NCBI GenBank assembly: GCA_020632215.1
Contig: JACKFZ010000006.1
Coordinates: forward strand, 12,574-76,573
Source: Candidatus Nomurabacteria bacterium
GTDB lineage: Bacteria > Patescibacteriota > Minisyncoccia > Phycocordibacterales > JAACPR01
Length of the DNA: 64,000 nucleotides
Reading direction: 5' to 3'
A program made the translations under genes and the position numbers. The notes beneath the pieces were generated by a model, which did no database searches, had not been told where the DNA came from, and saw only the letters and a list, made by a program, of their open reading frames with translations. Numbering within the stretch: the first letter of the stretch is position 1; each line of letters starts with the position of its first letter. This document shows, one piece after another, positions 32,606 through 43,503 of this stretch.

Positions 32606-33103
32606 TTAAAACATTGAGTCAATCTCTTCATTTCTTCTTCTATGTCTCTCCTCACCAGAAAAAGCAGTTTCTAACCAAAGAGTTACGGCTTCCTCTGCTT
32701 CTTCATTATTCAAAAATCTAGCACCCAAACTTAGAATGTTCGAATCATTATGTTCTCTGGAAATAACAATTTCATTTGGCACTTCTCTACCATCTTGAGG
32801 TTCATATTGACCATTAAAAACTACCGCTCTAATACCTGGGAATCTATTGGCCATAATAGCTTCACCTTGTCCCGAACCTCCAAGAATAATTCCTCGTGAT
32901 TCATGATCTATTGCCACAGCTTGAGCTACTGCTGCCACAAACTCAGGATAATCATCATCTTCGTCATATTCAAAATTACCATGATCAACTACTTCATAAT
33001 GTTGTTTTGATAAAAAATCTTGCAAATGTTCTTTCATCTCAAAACCAGCGTGATCAGACGCTAAGTATATCTTTGTAATGTTTTGCATTGAATTCTCGTT
33101 CAT
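32606..33103 (-). CDS. rpiB: ribose-5-phosphate isomerase B
   Basis: KIYLASDHAGFEMKEHL...GILGGSGQGEAIMANR. Confidence 0.8.
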   Translation of the reverse strand: MNENSMQNITKIYLASDHAGFEMKEHLQDFLSKQHYEVVDHGNFEYDEDDDYPEFVAAVAQAVAIDHESRGIILGGSGQGEAIMANRFPGIRAVVFNGQYEPQDGREVPNEIVISREHNDSNILSLGARFLNNEEAEEAVTLWLETAFSGEERHRRRNEEIDSMF

Positions 33104-33188
33104 AAATTAGTATGTAGAATGTAATATATAGAATTTAGAATGCCTGCCCCGTATATCGAAGCTTGTTCGGAGCAGTATGTAGCTTCCG

Positions 33189-34220
33189 TCATCCTGAAAC
33201 AACTACACTCCCTGTCTTTATTACATGCTCTACTAATGAGTTAGTATACCCAATTTCGTTATCATACCAAGCCAATACCTTAACCAGATCACCATCTACC
33301 ACTTTTGTAAATGATAAATCAGCAATAGAGGCGTGGGTATTACCGACAATATCCTGAGAAACTATTGGCTCATCAGTAACCGCAAATATACCCTTCCACC
33401 TATCTTCTGTCGCTGCTTTTTTTAATATTTCATTTACTTTTTCAACTGTTGTTTTCTTTTTTGATATAAAAGTAATGTCAGCTATAGAACCAACAGGTAC
33501 TGGCACTCTGAGAGAAATTCCATCAAATTTACCTTCTAAACTTGGCAAAACTTTTGTAGTAGCAATTGCCGCACCAGTTGTTGCAGGAATAATATTCAAT
33601 GCAGCCGCCCTACCAGAACGCAAATCTTTTTTAGCTGGGCCGTCAACCAGAGATTGAGAAGCTGTGTATGCATGCACAGTATTTAAAACAGCTTTCTTTA
33701 TCCCTAACCCCTCACTTAGAATTGTCATAACCGGACTTCCTGCGTTTGTTGTACAAGATGCATTTGAACTCACAACGCAAGTAGCAAACTTATCTTCATT
33801 AACTCCCATCAAGATAGTTCCTTCACTTTCTCCACTTGGATCATCTTTGGCAGGTGCTGAAATAACCACTCGCTTTGCTCCAGCCATAACATGAGCTCTG
33901 GCATCAGCAAATTTTGTGAAAAATCCTGTAGATTCAACCACCACATCTATTTTCATTTCACCCCATGGAAGTTTAGACGGATCTTTTTCTTGAACTACTC
34001 TTACCAAATGTCCGCCAGCAATGATGTTTCCATCTTTCACTTCTACCTCAAATCCAGAACGTCCGTAGACAGAATCATATTTCAAGAGATAAGCTAGATT
34101 ATCTATATCACCTAGATCATTGATGGCGACAATCTCTATTTCTTCTCTTTGTTGAGCTAACTTAAAAAAAGCTCGACCGATTCTTCCAAAACCATTAATG
34201 GCAACACGAATTTTACTCAT
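33189..34220 (-). CDS. gap: glyceraldehyde-3-phosphate dehydrogenase
   Basis: Rossmann MSKIRVAINGFGRIGR and the catalytic SNASCTTN. Confidence 0.9.
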   Translation of the reverse strand: MSKIRVAINGFGRIGRAFFKLAQQREEIEIVAINDLGDIDNLAYLLKYDSVYGRSGFEVEVKDGNIIAGGHLVRVVQEKDPSKLPWGEMKIDVVVESTGFFTKFADARAHVMAGAKRVVISAPAKDDPSGESEGTILMGVNEDKFATCVVSSNASCTTNAGSPVMTILSEGLGIKKAVLNTVHAYTASQSLVDGPAKKDLRSGRAAALNIIPATTGAAIATTKVLPSLEGKFDGISLRVPVPVGSIADITFISKKKTTVEKVNEILKKAATEDRWKGIFAVTDEPIVSQDIVGNTHASIADLSFTKVVDGDLVKVLAWYDNEIGYTNSLVEHVIKTGSVVVSG

Positions 34221-34353
34221 AATAAAAAGCAGTGGTTATTTGTAATGGTTTTATTATAGCAAGGTTAGGTAGTAGATAATAGGTAATAGTGAATAGTAAA
34301 AGCTGTCAGAAGTCAGCGGTCAGCTTTCAGAAATAGCATTGTATTACCACACA

Positions 34354-34397
34354 GTCATCCTGAAACCCTGGAGTGAAATGGAAGGGGTTTCAGGATC
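34354..34397. repeat. family P palindromic element (short form, 12-bp stem)
   Basis: gtcatcctgaaaccc / gggtttcaggatc. Confidence 0.65.
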
Positions 34398-34414
34398 TTT
34401 TTAATTGAAACTTT

Positions 34415-35821
34415 TTATTTTAGTTCTTCTAAAAACAAATCTTTCAAAATCTGTGGATTAGCACTTCCTTTTGTTTCTTTCATACCTTGCCCTATTAAAA
34501 ACTGTAGAGATGCTTCTTTTCCTCCCTTATACTCTTCAACCACTTTCTGATTATCATTGATAATCTTTTGAACAATTTCTTTCAAAGCACCTTCGTCACT
34601 TTGTTGTAACAAACCTTCTTTCTCCGCAATCTCTTTAGGATCTTTGTCCTCTTTGACCATCATAGCTAGAATGTCTTTTGCACCTCTAGAAGAAACCTCA
34701 TTAGCCATAATCATCTTTATCAAATTAGAAAAGTTCTCTGCTGAAGGAAGTTGTCCTCCTTCTTTTCGTAGAGAAACTAGATCAGAAGTAATGTAGTTAG
34801 AAGTTAATTTTATAAAATCAATGTCTGTAGTATCACCGACAATCTGATCAAAGAACTGAGACATCTCAAGATCAGAGACAAAAATATCAGCAGCTTCTTC
34901 ATTTAAACCAACCTCAACCGTCAGTCTTTCTTTCTTCTGCCATGGTAGTTCTGGTAATTGCTCTTTTAAAGCATCTAAATTAAAAACTTCATGTAGCATC
35001 ATTTTTGGCAAATCTGGTTCTGGGAAATATCTGTAGTCATCTGATGTCTCCTTTCTTCTTTGTGAAAAAGTTATTTCTTTATTTTCATCCCATCCTCTAG
35101 TTTCTTGAACAATTTCATCTCCTCTTCCTGCTTCTAGAAGCTCTGTCATTCTTTTTATTTCATATTCAATAGATTTTTCTACAACCTTGAATGAATTTAG
35201 GTTTTTAATCTCAACTTTTGTACCAAGTTCTTTTGTATCACTCAGAGAAATATTCACTTCCACTCTCATTTCTCCTTTTTCCATATTAGCGTCACCAGCG
35301 CCTAGATATCGCAATAACATTTGTAAATTCTTTGCAAAATCTACTGCTTGTTTTGCAGAATGAATGACTGGCTCTGTCACAAGTTCCATTAGAGGTATGC
35401 CCGCACGATTGTAATCTACTAGAGAAAAATCTCCCCTATCATGCTTAGACAAACCTGTATCTTCTTCTAGGTGAATTCTGGTAATTTTAACACCATTAAT
35501 TTCTCCACCAGAAACAATAGGATACTTATACTGACTAATTTGGTATCCTTTTGGAATATCCGGGTAAAAATAATTTTTTCTATCAAATTCAGTAAAGTTG
35601 GCAATTTCTCCTCCAACTGCTAAACCAACCTTTATTACATGTTCAACCGCCTTTTTGTTGATAGTAGGCAAAGTTCCAGGATGACCCAGATCTATAGGAT
35701 TTATATTAACATTTGGTCTTTCCTCATCAGGGTTATTTTTAGCATTAGAAAACATTTTAGAATTTGTTTTCAATTCAGCATGGATCTCAAGACCAATAGT
35801 TGGAGTATATTTTGATAACAT
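34415..35821 (-). CDS. gatB: aspartyl/glutamyl-tRNA amidotransferase subunit B
   Basis: PTIGLEIHAELKTNSKMFS N-terminus and a C-terminal GatB/YqeY domain. Confidence 0.85.
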   Translation of the reverse strand: MLSKYTPTIGLEIHAELKTNSKMFSNAKNNPDEERPNVNINPIDLGHPGTLPTINKKAVEHVIKVGLAVGGEIANFTEFDRKNYFYPDIPKGYQISQYKYPIVSGGEINGVKITRIHLEEDTGLSKHDRGDFSLVDYNRAGIPLMELVTEPVIHSAKQAVDFAKNLQMLLRYLGAGDANMEKGEMRVEVNISLSDTKELGTKVEIKNLNSFKVVEKSIEYEIKRMTELLEAGRGDEIVQETRGWDENKEITFSQRRKETSDDYRYFPEPDLPKMMLHEVFNLDALKEQLPELPWQKKERLTVEVGLNEEAADIFVSDLEMSQFFDQIVGDTTDIDFIKLTSNYITSDLVSLRKEGGQLPSAENFSNLIKMIMANEVSSRGAKDILAMMVKEDKDPKEIAEKEGLLQQSDEGALKEIVQKIINDNQKVVEEYKGGKEASLQFLIGQGMKETKGSANPQILKDLFLEELK

Positions 35822-35931
35822 GGAGAAAATATATCAAATACTTGATAAAACACAAATTCTTGCTTCGTCATCCTGAACCATGTACTAAACTTGATTCAGT
35901 ATTGATTCAAGATACCGTACAGCTTAGGCAC

Positions 35932-37572
35932 TTATTTAGCCAATGGAATAGTAATGGTGAATGTAGAACCTTGATCACGTCCTGGTGAAGTAGCAGAGAT
36001 TTGACCTCCATGATCTGTCACAATCTTGTGCGTGATGTATAGGCCATATCCTGTGCTGTTAACATTTCTATGAGCGGCTTCTTCACCTCTTCCTCCTTGT
36101 GAGAATAGGACAGATTTATCTTTTTCTGTTAGACCAAGACCAGTGTCTGAAACAGAGAATACTGCAAAGTCATTCTGCTTTGCCAAATTAACAGTAACCT
36201 TACCCTTTTCGGTATATTGAATAGAGTTTTCTATAAGGTTTCTGACAGCTTGAGCAAATTGGGTTAGGTCACCATGAATGATCATTTCTTGCCTCGGATC
36301 AACATTAATTTCAAATTCTAAACCTTTATCATCAACAACAGACTTCAATTGAGTAGTAATATCACTAACCAGCGCTCTAAGATCAAAATCAATCATTGTA
36401 TATTTAACAGCGCCATCATGTAGATTGGCAGCATCTAGAATAGATTTGACCATTTGCACAGCTTGAGTACTAGTATCAAAACCGACATTTACCAGATTAC
36501 CAACTTCTGGCTCCAGTTTTCCAAAATCACCATTCTTTAGTGAATCAAAAATGGTTCTAGTTCTAGTCAAAAATCCCTTCACTTGGTGATTTATAAATCT
36601 CATAAGAGATTGTTGTTGTGCGTTGGCTTTTTCTAGGGCGACTCGCTGTCTTTCGACTTCTTTGACGCTACGGACAAGGAAATATCCTAGAACAGAGAAT
36701 AAGACTATGTTTATAAATACAACAACTCTAATAACGTCTACTGTTCGCAAAAACAGTAAGGCAACAGTTAGGAGCCACAGTGTTACAACAAATATTTGGG
36801 TCGAAAGGACTCTTACATTAAATAAGTTATAGTTCACAATCAAATAGGCCAAGAATCCCATAAATATCGGCATGCCAAATAAACCATATTGAGAAATTGT
36901 CCAATCAAAAGAAAAACTCCCAATTAAATTACCAAGAGAAAATGACAGTAAGAAAAATACGATTCCAACAACCATTAAGGTTATGCTTTTCCTTCTTGCT
37001 TTATCGTCGCTGTCTCTAAAAGCTTTGATACTGATAAAAGCAGTGGCAATAACAATTAAAATCTCGACTAAATAAGCATAGTGCCACAAGACTCCTTCGA
37101 TTGCTTCTCTTTCACAATTACTAAAGTCAAAACCTATTAGGTTGAAAGATGATGGAGCTAAAAATAAAATCGGTAACAAAAGAGCGAACATGCCCAGAGT
37201 ATGCTTCAGAGGTGCAAAACTTTTGAACAAGAAGAAATATACAAAATAGTATGATATTACATAAATTAAAACATCGAAATGTATAAGTATAGACCAAAAG
37301 AACATTATGTAATCTGCCCTATCCATAGCCCACAAGATCAAGTCGGAAAGAGACCATAATGTAAAAACAAGAGTTAGTAAAAATAGCATTCTGTTTAGTT
37401 GACCCTTTGGATTATTGAGTAAAACAAAAACAGCTAGCAGTAGAGCAATCAAGGCAGGAAATAAATGAGAGTAATAAATTAAATTAGCAAAAACATTACC
37501 AGAAAAAAAGAAATAAGGCGCTGGTGTCCATTCGCATATCGAAGCTCCTATACTTTGTATATTTTCTAACAT
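35932..37572 (-). CDS. membrane sensor histidine kinase
   Basis: About ten transmembrane segments. H-box region (ERQRVALEKANAQQQSLMRFINHQVKG) and HATPase_c motifs (TGYGLYI, GRDQGSTFTITIP). Confidence 0.7.
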   Translation of the reverse strand: MLENIQSIGASICEWTPAPYFFFSGNVFANLIYYSHLFPALIALLLAVFVLLNNPKGQLNRMLFLLTLVFTLWSLSDLILWAMDRADYIMFFWSILIHFDVLIYVISYYFVYFFLFKSFAPLKHTLGMFALLLPILFLAPSSFNLIGFDFSNCEREAIEGVLWHYAYLVEILIVIATAFISIKAFRDSDDKARRKSITLMVVGIVFFLLSFSLGNLIGSFSFDWTISQYGLFGMPIFMGFLAYLIVNYNLFNVRVLSTQIFVVTLWLLTVALLFLRTVDVIRVVVFINIVLFSVLGYFLVRSVKEVERQRVALEKANAQQQSLMRFINHQVKGFLTRTRTIFDSLKNGDFGKLEPEVGNLVNVGFDTSTQAVQMVKSILDAANLHDGAVKYTMIDFDLRALVSDITTQLKSVVDDKGLEFEINVDPRQEMIIHGDLTQFAQAVRNLIENSIQYTEKGKVTVNLAKQNDFAVFSVSDTGLGLTEKDKSVLFSQGGRGEEAAHRNVNSTGYGLYITHKIVTDHGGQISATSPGRDQGSTFTITIPLAK

Positions 37573-37817
37573 CTATTTTAGTTATTCTTCCAATATCTCA
37601 GGTATACCTGTGTCGGAATAAAAGACTTCAAAATCTTTATCTACCATATATCTTTTGTAAGTCATAAAAATAGAAACTCCTAATAAGACAAGGAAAAGAA
37701 GTATTACTAATTTATGAGTTTTACTAATCATAGATACCTGTAGGTTCATTGTAACACAATGACTCTGTCAAAAATGAGAAATCCACAATAAAAAATCCCT
37801 AGGCGAACACTTGGTCG

Positions 37818-38492
37818 CTAAGGGTTTTTTCTCTTTTCTCCTTTCATTTTTTTGTTTTTAAGTTTTCTTATAGAGAATAAGCCGACTAGGCCATGCAAGA
37901 TCGCACAGCTAATCGGATAGATTAGCATTTCTAATCCGACCTGTTCTCGGCCAATCTCTATAAAAGTTGTCACCGTCAGAACGCTGTAGGCCAAAGCCCA
38001 CACTGTCCATGGCGCCCAATTTTCCAACCAAGGAGCTTGGTATGTCTCCTTCAACATTGGAAAAAATGAGGTCAATGTCGTGGCGTTGGAGCCGAAAAGG
38101 AATATCAGTGTTGCCAGTGATTTTCCTTCATCAGTCAGATTGCCACTAGCCTTTGCCAAAACGCTGATCAGATAAAGCACCGTCAGAGATAGGTCAGCAA
38201 CAATTGCTGCTCTTGTAAAACCATCCTCTGGCCAGCTCATCTTTCCGCGCCTCCAACAGAGGTATGCCACATAGACACCACAAGTTGAACAAGTCACTGG
38301 AAGAATCAAGATGAAAGGGCTTGCACCTCGATCAAATTCCAGAACTGTCAATAGTGTGGTGCCGTAGGCGAACATGAACCACGTGAAAGGGTTAGGATCA
38401 ATCTCTTTGGAGAGAGACTTTTTAATGTAAAGACCATAACCCAGCATCTGGAGAAGACCAGATGCAATCGACAATATATCGATAATTTCCAT
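37818..38492 (-). CDS. hypothetical polytopic membrane protein
   Basis: Multiple hydrophobic helices. No motif recognised. Confidence 0.4.
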   Translation of the reverse strand: MEIIDILSIASGLLQMLGYGLYIKKSLSKEIDPNPFTWFMFAYGTTLLTVLEFDRGASPFILILPVTCSTCGVYVAYLCWRRGKMSWPEDGFTRAAIVADLSLTVLYLISVLAKASGNLTDEGKSLATLIFLFGSNATTLTSFFPMLKETYQAPWLENWAPWTVWALAYSVLTVTTFIEIGREQVGLEMLIYPISCAILHGLVGLFSIRKLKNKKMKGEKRKNP

Positions 38493-38581
38493 CTAATGTC
38501 TCCTTTCTTGAAGCTTGAAGTTGGGGTTGATTTTTTCTAATTTAAATTATATAATAAATTCTATTAAAAGTCAAATAAAGC

Positions 38582-39076
38582 TTGGGCTTTTTCTTTAGGT
38601 ATTTATTGGATAATTGTTATAATAAAAACCAACTACACAGGGTTATGTTGATGATAAAAACAAAGGTTAAAAGGAGTACTATCCCAGATGCAGGTCTAGG
38701 TCTATTTGCAGATGAATTTATTAAAAAAGGAACTGTTACCTGGCGATTTTGTCCAGGTTTTGATCAAATAATACATGAGGATATTCTTCTTAAACTATCT
38801 GAGCCAGCAAGAATAGCATTCTTAAAGTATGCTTACCATAATGGAAAAAAAGACTACTTTGTATTATGTGGAGATGATGAACGTTTCATTAATCACTCTG
38901 ATACACCAAATATCAAAGAAGGAAAAGTTGAAGGAGGATATGAAACCATATCATTAGCAGCAAGAGACATAGAGCCAGGAGAAGAGCTATTTTGTAACTA
39001 TTACGATTTTGACATTAATGCTGGGATGAAACTGGCTAAAGAAGGTATCTACTCCTATTATAAAGAACACCTCTAA
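38582..39076 (+). CDS. SET-domain protein (putative lysine methyltransferase)
   Basis: GLGLFA N-terminal SET motif, RFINHSDTPN (variant of the NHSC-x-PN pseudoknot motif) and EELFCNYYDF (post-SET ELxxxY). The true start is probably the internal Met at 38645. Confidence 0.6.
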   Translation: MGFFFRYLLDNCYNKNQLHRVMLMIKTKVKRSTIPDAGLGLFADEFIKKGTVTWRFCPGFDQIIHEDILLKLSEPARIAFLKYAYHNGKKDYFVLCGDDERFINHSDTPNIKEGKVEGGYETISLAARDIEPGEELFCNYYDFDINAGMKLAKEGIYSYYKEHL

Positions 39077-40284
39077 AACGTCGAACTAATATTGTAAATA
39101 GGTATCAAGACTGATGCCAAGAGGGTACCTACTCCCAAAGCTAGCAAAATAATCATTGTAGGCTCTATAAGACCAACTAGTGTATCTACAGCATTTGTTA
39201 CTTCCCTTCTATAAAACTTAGCCAGACTAGAGAGAATACTCCCTAGATTTCCAGATTCTTCTCCAACACGCATCATTTGTATAAAAATATTTGGAAACTG
39301 TTCCTGATGTTTTGCGAAAGCATCTGAGACAGCAGAACCACCCTTAACTATCTCTGTACTTTTCTCTATTGCATCAAGGTAAATACGATTGTCTACAACT
39401 GACTGAGTAAGCTCTAAGGCTTTTACAACTGGGATACCAGAAGCAAGCATGGTATCCATGTTGTCTGCAATTCTTGAAAGATATAGCTTCTTATACAGAT
39501 TCCCAACATAAGGAACTTCCAATTTAAATCGATCATACGATTCTTTTCCTGTTTCTGTTCTAACAAATCTAAACAGAAAAAATAACCCGACGATAAAAGC
39601 GATCAATAGAAAGATTCCGTAGTTAATAAAGAAATTAGACAAACCAATTACAACTTGTGTGTAAGCAGGCACATCTTGACCTGATTCAGTCAAAATAGCA
39701 CTGATCTTTGGAATAACCAAAGTTAGCATAAGAACCATTACAACAATAAAGGTAAAAACAACGAATGCAGGATATATCAAAGCGTTTTTGGCCTTTTGTG
39801 TAACTTCATATGTCCTATCAAGATAGTCAGCAAGGTATTCAAATGTCTCGTCCAACTTTCCAGACTCTTCTCCAGCTTTAACCATGTTGACATAAAAAGG
39901 AGAAAAAACATCAGGGTGTTTTGCCAGAGAATCAGATATGGTACTTCCTCCCTGTAGACTTTCCGATATATCAGCTAGCTTTCTAGATAGTTTTGGGTTT
40001 TCTGTTTCAGCTGCTAAAAGTCTAAAAGTTCTTAGAGCAGAAATCTGTGACTCGAAAAGAGTAGCCATTTGCCTAGACAAAATGACAATGTCTCTATTGC
40101 TAACTCTATCAAAAATAGCAATATTTTTTGATAGAACTGATCCCTCAGTTTCAGCTTCATTAATGTTAGAAATAACGAAACCTCTTCTTTGTAAAGAAGC
40201 AATAGCCACATCAAGATTTATAGCCTCAATAGTTCCCTTTTTTTCTTGTCCTTCTGTATCTATTGCTTGATAAACAAATAACAT
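39073..40284 (-). CDS. pilC: type IV pilus / type II secretion platform protein
   Basis: Two GspF-like repeats and three transmembrane segments. Confidence 0.8.
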   Translation of the reverse strand: MLFVYQAIDTEGQEKKGTIEAINLDVAIASLQRRGFVISNINEAETEGSVLSKNIAIFDRVSNRDIVILSRQMATLFESQISALRTFRLLAAETENPKLSRKLADISESLQGGSTISDSLAKHPDVFSPFYVNMVKAGEESGKLDETFEYLADYLDRTYEVTQKAKNALIYPAFVVFTFIVVMVLMLTLVIPKISAILTESGQDVPAYTQVVIGLSNFFINYGIFLLIAFIVGLFFLFRFVRTETGKESYDRFKLEVPYVGNLYKKLYLSRIADNMDTMLASGIPVVKALELTQSVVDNRIYLDAIEKSTEIVKGGSAVSDAFAKHQEQFPNIFIQMMRVGEESGNLGSILSSLAKFYRREVTNAVDTLVGLIEPTMIILLALGVGTLLASVLIPIYNISSTF

Positions 40285-40289
40285 AATTT

Positions 40290-41351
40290 TTAAATTAATT
40301 TTTCCAAAACATTTGGTTTAACAGAATGTAAGAATGCATTCTCAGCAGTAATCTCTCCTTTTCTCACTAAATCAGCTAAATTCCTATTCATATCAATCAT
40401 GCCGTGCTCAGAACCAGTCTCGATTATAGTATCTATCTCATGAGTTCTTTGATCTCGAATCAGGTTAGAGACAGCATTAGTATTGATAAGTAATTCGTAA
40501 GCAGGGATCAAACCTCCAGAAATTCTCGGAATAAGTCTTTGTGAAAAAATAGCTGTTAGAGAGCTAGCTAACTGAATTCTTATTTGATCTTGTTGTTCAG
40601 CCGGAAATGAGTCGACGATACGATCAATGGTCTGAGCGGCATTATTGGTATGTAGAGTAGAAAGCACAAGGTGACCAGTCTCAGCTGCAGTAACAGCAGC
40701 AGAGATAGTATCCTTACCTCTCATTTCACCAACCAAAATAACGTCGACATCTTGTCTAAATGTTCCGGTCAAAGCAGTATAAAAATCTTTGGTATCAATC
40801 CTGACTTCTCTTTGATCAATGATAGACTTCTGTGGCTTGTAAACATACTCAATTGGATTTTCGATGGTAATAATATGATCGGATCTTTCTCTGTTAATCA
40901 AATCAACCATAGCAGCCAAAGTAGTGGTTTTTCCTTGTCCTACAGGACCTACCACCAAGAAAAATCCCTGCTTCTTACGAGCAAAAGTCTCAAGAACAGA
41001 AGGTAGTCCTAGATCTTCCAAAGTTTTTATTTCATTTGGGATAAGTCTTAGAACAACACCAACTTGCCCTTGTTGAATAAATGCATTGCCTCGAAACCGA
41101 TTGCCATCATCATGTTGATAAGCAAAATCTAATTCTTTGTTAACATCAAAAATAGATTTCAAGTCACCCAACACCATAACATCTAGAAATCCTTTCATGT
41201 CTTCTTTGGTGGAAGATTCCATATTCAGAAGTGGTAACAATTCACCATCAACTCGAATGGTAGGTTTACGTCCTTCAGCCAAGTGAAGATCAGAACCTCT
41301 TTGCTTTGTTACCACATCGATTATTTCTTTTAATTTATTTTTATAATCCAT
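40290..41351 (-). CDS. pilT: twitching-motility (retraction) ATPase PilT
   Basis: Walker A LVVGPVGQGKTTTLAAMV, ITIENPIEY, and a size (353 aa) typical of PilT. Confidence 0.8.
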   Translation of the reverse strand: MDYKNKLKEIIDVVTKQRGSDLHLAEGRKPTIRVDGELLPLLNMESSTKEDMKGFLDVMVLGDLKSIFDVNKELDFAYQHDDGNRFRGNAFIQQGQVGVVLRLIPNEIKTLEDLGLPSVLETFARKKQGFFLVVGPVGQGKTTTLAAMVDLINRERSDHIITIENPIEYVYKPQKSIIDQREVRIDTKDFYTALTGTFRQDVDVILVGEMRGKDTISAAVTAAETGHLVLSTLHTNNAAQTIDRIVDSFPAEQQDQIRIQLASSLTAIFSQRLIPRISGGLIPAYELLINTNAVSNLIRDQRTHEIDTIIETGSEHGMIDMNRNLADLVRKGEITAENAFLHSVKPNVLEKLI

Positions 41352-41353
41352 AA

Positions 41354-41761
41354 TTATTTGCTTAAATACTCTTCTACTTTTTTTACAACCTCAGAAGGTG
41401 TAGACATTGCTTTGACAATAAAACCATCTACCTTAAATTGTGCTGCATGATCTTTTTCTTCATTTTCACCCTGGTTAGACAAAATGATTATCTTGCTATC
41501 TTCAGCGAGTCTATTTTCCCTAACTTGCTTAACAAAAGTCCAACCATCCATACCAGGCATAATAATGTCACAAAGCAAAGCATCTGGCATCAAGCCGTCT
41601 CTTAATTTTTCTAAACATTCTTCTGCTTTAGTAAATACCATAACTTCATAGTTCCCTTTTTTAAACTTCATTGAATACATATCTAGTAAGAATGAATCAT
41701 CATCGATCATTACTACTAGCGGTTTTTTATTATTATCTGTTGTTTCTGTCATATTAAACAA
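41354..41761 (-). CDS. single-domain response regulator (CheY/PilH-like)
   Basis: Receiver-domain residues VVMIDDD...DIIMPGMDG...K. Confidence 0.7.
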   Translation of the reverse strand: MFNMTETTDNNKKPLVVMIDDDSFLLDMYSMKFKKGNYEVMVFTKAEECLEKLRDGLMPDALLCDIIMPGMDGWTFVKQVRENRLAEDSKIIILSNQGENEEKDHAAQFKVDGFIVKAMSTPSEVVKKVEEYLSK

Positions 41762-41774
41762 ATTATATCAAATA

Positions 41775-43502
41775 CTAAAAGTTATTCACTTCTTCAAATG
41801 GAATTTCTTTCTTTAATGACTTAATAATGGCGTCTTCTTTCATAGTAATCATACCTTTCTTTCGTACTATGTCGTATACGGCAGATTCAACTGGATTATC
41901 CAAGATAATTTTTTCAATATCTCGATCCATTTCAAACATCTCAAATACAGCCTCTCGACCTCTTGTCCCATTGGGACAGTTAGAGGTAGGCTGTAACTTC
42001 AAGACTTCTTTTGAATCTGGGATCATATCGTGAAATTCTACTGGCAAATCAGCAAATTGCTTATCCATCATCTCTTGAATACTTCCTTCGATCGGTGTCG
42101 GTATGCCTGATCCAGGACAAATCTTTCGACTTAATCGTTGAGCAACTCCCAATATCAGAGTTGGTGGAATAAGATAAGGATCGATACCCATATCGATAAG
42201 TCGTGGCACTATTCCAGCTGCTGAGTTTGTGTGAATAGTTGAGAGCACAAGGTGACCAGTAAGTGCAGCTTGAATTGCCAGCTTTGCAGTTTCTCCATCA
42301 CGAATCTCACCGACCATTATAATATCAGGATCTTGTCTCAAAGTAGTTCTCAAACCATTTGCGAATGTATAGCCAATCTCAGCATGAATTTGTGATTGAC
42401 TAACTCCTTCGACACTATATTCAACAGGATCTTCTAGAGACAAAACATTATTTGTTTCTGTATCTAACTCATTAAGAATTGAGTAAAGAGTTGTAGTCTT
42501 TCCAGAACCAGTTGGACCTGAAATAAGAATCATTCCGTATGGTTTTTGAATAGCATCTTTTAGCATTTTTAGATACCTTGGATTCAAACCAATCTCTTCT
42601 AATTTCTTTACACCTTTTTCTTGATCAAGAATACGCATCACAACCTTTTCTCCATAATAAGAAGGAAAAGTAGAAACACGAAAGTCTATTTTTCTGCCAT
42701 CAATTCTAGCAGCAAAACGTCCGTCTTGTGGTTTTCTTTTTTCATCTAACTTTAATCTGGCAAGGATCTTGATACGTGCAACAACCGCTAAATGAACATT
42801 GATAGGCAAAATCAAACTAGTGTTCAAGACACCATCCACTCGAAATCTGACACGGATTTTTTCTCTCAATGGCTCAATGTGGACATCGGAAGCATTGCCC
42901 TCAACCGCATACCGCAAAATAGTAGCCACAATTTTGGTAACGGGAGCATCCTCAGTAATTTGCTCATTGATGGTTTCGTCAGTAACAGGCGTTTTGGCAG
43001 TTTTTTGTAACTGCTCTTCAAGGTCAGCATCTTCTACTGAAGTCTCGAATTCCGACAAAGCTCGCGTGACCTGCCCAGAAAGTCCTTTGTATACTTCTAG
43101 AACATGTTTAAAATCTTCCTCTGAGATGAGAAAAATTTTAAAAGGAACATCATTTTTTGAAGCGATAAAATTCAAAGCATCTCTGGCTTCTAGATCATTC
43201 GGATTCATCACCCCAACTTCTAAGAATCCATCTTTCAGATCAATCGGCACAAATTTGTAATAGTCAGCAGATTCTTCCGGAATATATTTCAAAATATCAA
43301 AAGGAACATCAACATTTGATAAATCTCTATATGGCACTTTGTAATACTCCGCCTTGGTTTTCAGAAGATCTGTCGGCATAACCCCATGACGAGTAAGCAA
43401 CTCGTCAACACTGATGTCGCTTTCGCGCATTTCCTTTTTAATCTTATCGACATCATCTGAATCGATAAGTTTTTTTTGTTCAAAAAATTCGACTATGCTC
43501 AT
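41775..43502 (-). CDS. pilB: type IV pilus assembly ATPase PilB/GspE
   Basis: Walker A ILISGPTGSGKTTTLYS and a tetracysteine-like C-terminal region. The track start at 43574 would overlap the upstream gene; the likely start is MSIVEFF at 43502. Confidence 0.8.
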   Translation of the reverse strand: MSIVEFFEQKKLIDSDDVDKIKKEMRESDISVDELLTRHGVMPTDLLKTKAEYYKVPYRDLSNVDVPFDILKYIPEESADYYKFVPIDLKDGFLEVGVMNPNDLEARDALNFIASKNDVPFKIFLISEEDFKHVLEVYKGLSGQVTRALSEFETSVEDADLEEQLQKTAKTPVTDETINEQITEDAPVTKIVATILRYAVEGNASDVHIEPLREKIRVRFRVDGVLNTSLILPINVHLAVVARIKILARLKLDEKRKPQDGRFAARIDGRKIDFRVSTFPSYYGEKVVMRILDQEKGVKKLEEIGLNPRYLKMLKDAIQKPYGMILISGPTGSGKTTTLYSILNELDTETNNVLSLEDPVEYSVEGVSQSQIHAEIGYTFANGLRTTLRQDPDIIMVGEIRDGETAKLAIQAALTGHLVLSTIHTNSAAGIVPRLIDMGIDPYLIPPTLILGVAQRLSRKICPGSGIPTPIEGSIQEMMDKQFADLPVEFHDMIPDSKEVLKLQPTSNCPNGTRGREAVFEMFEMDRDIEKIILDNPVESAVYDIVRKKGMITMKEDAIIKSLKKEIPFEEVNNF

Positions 43503-43503
43503 T

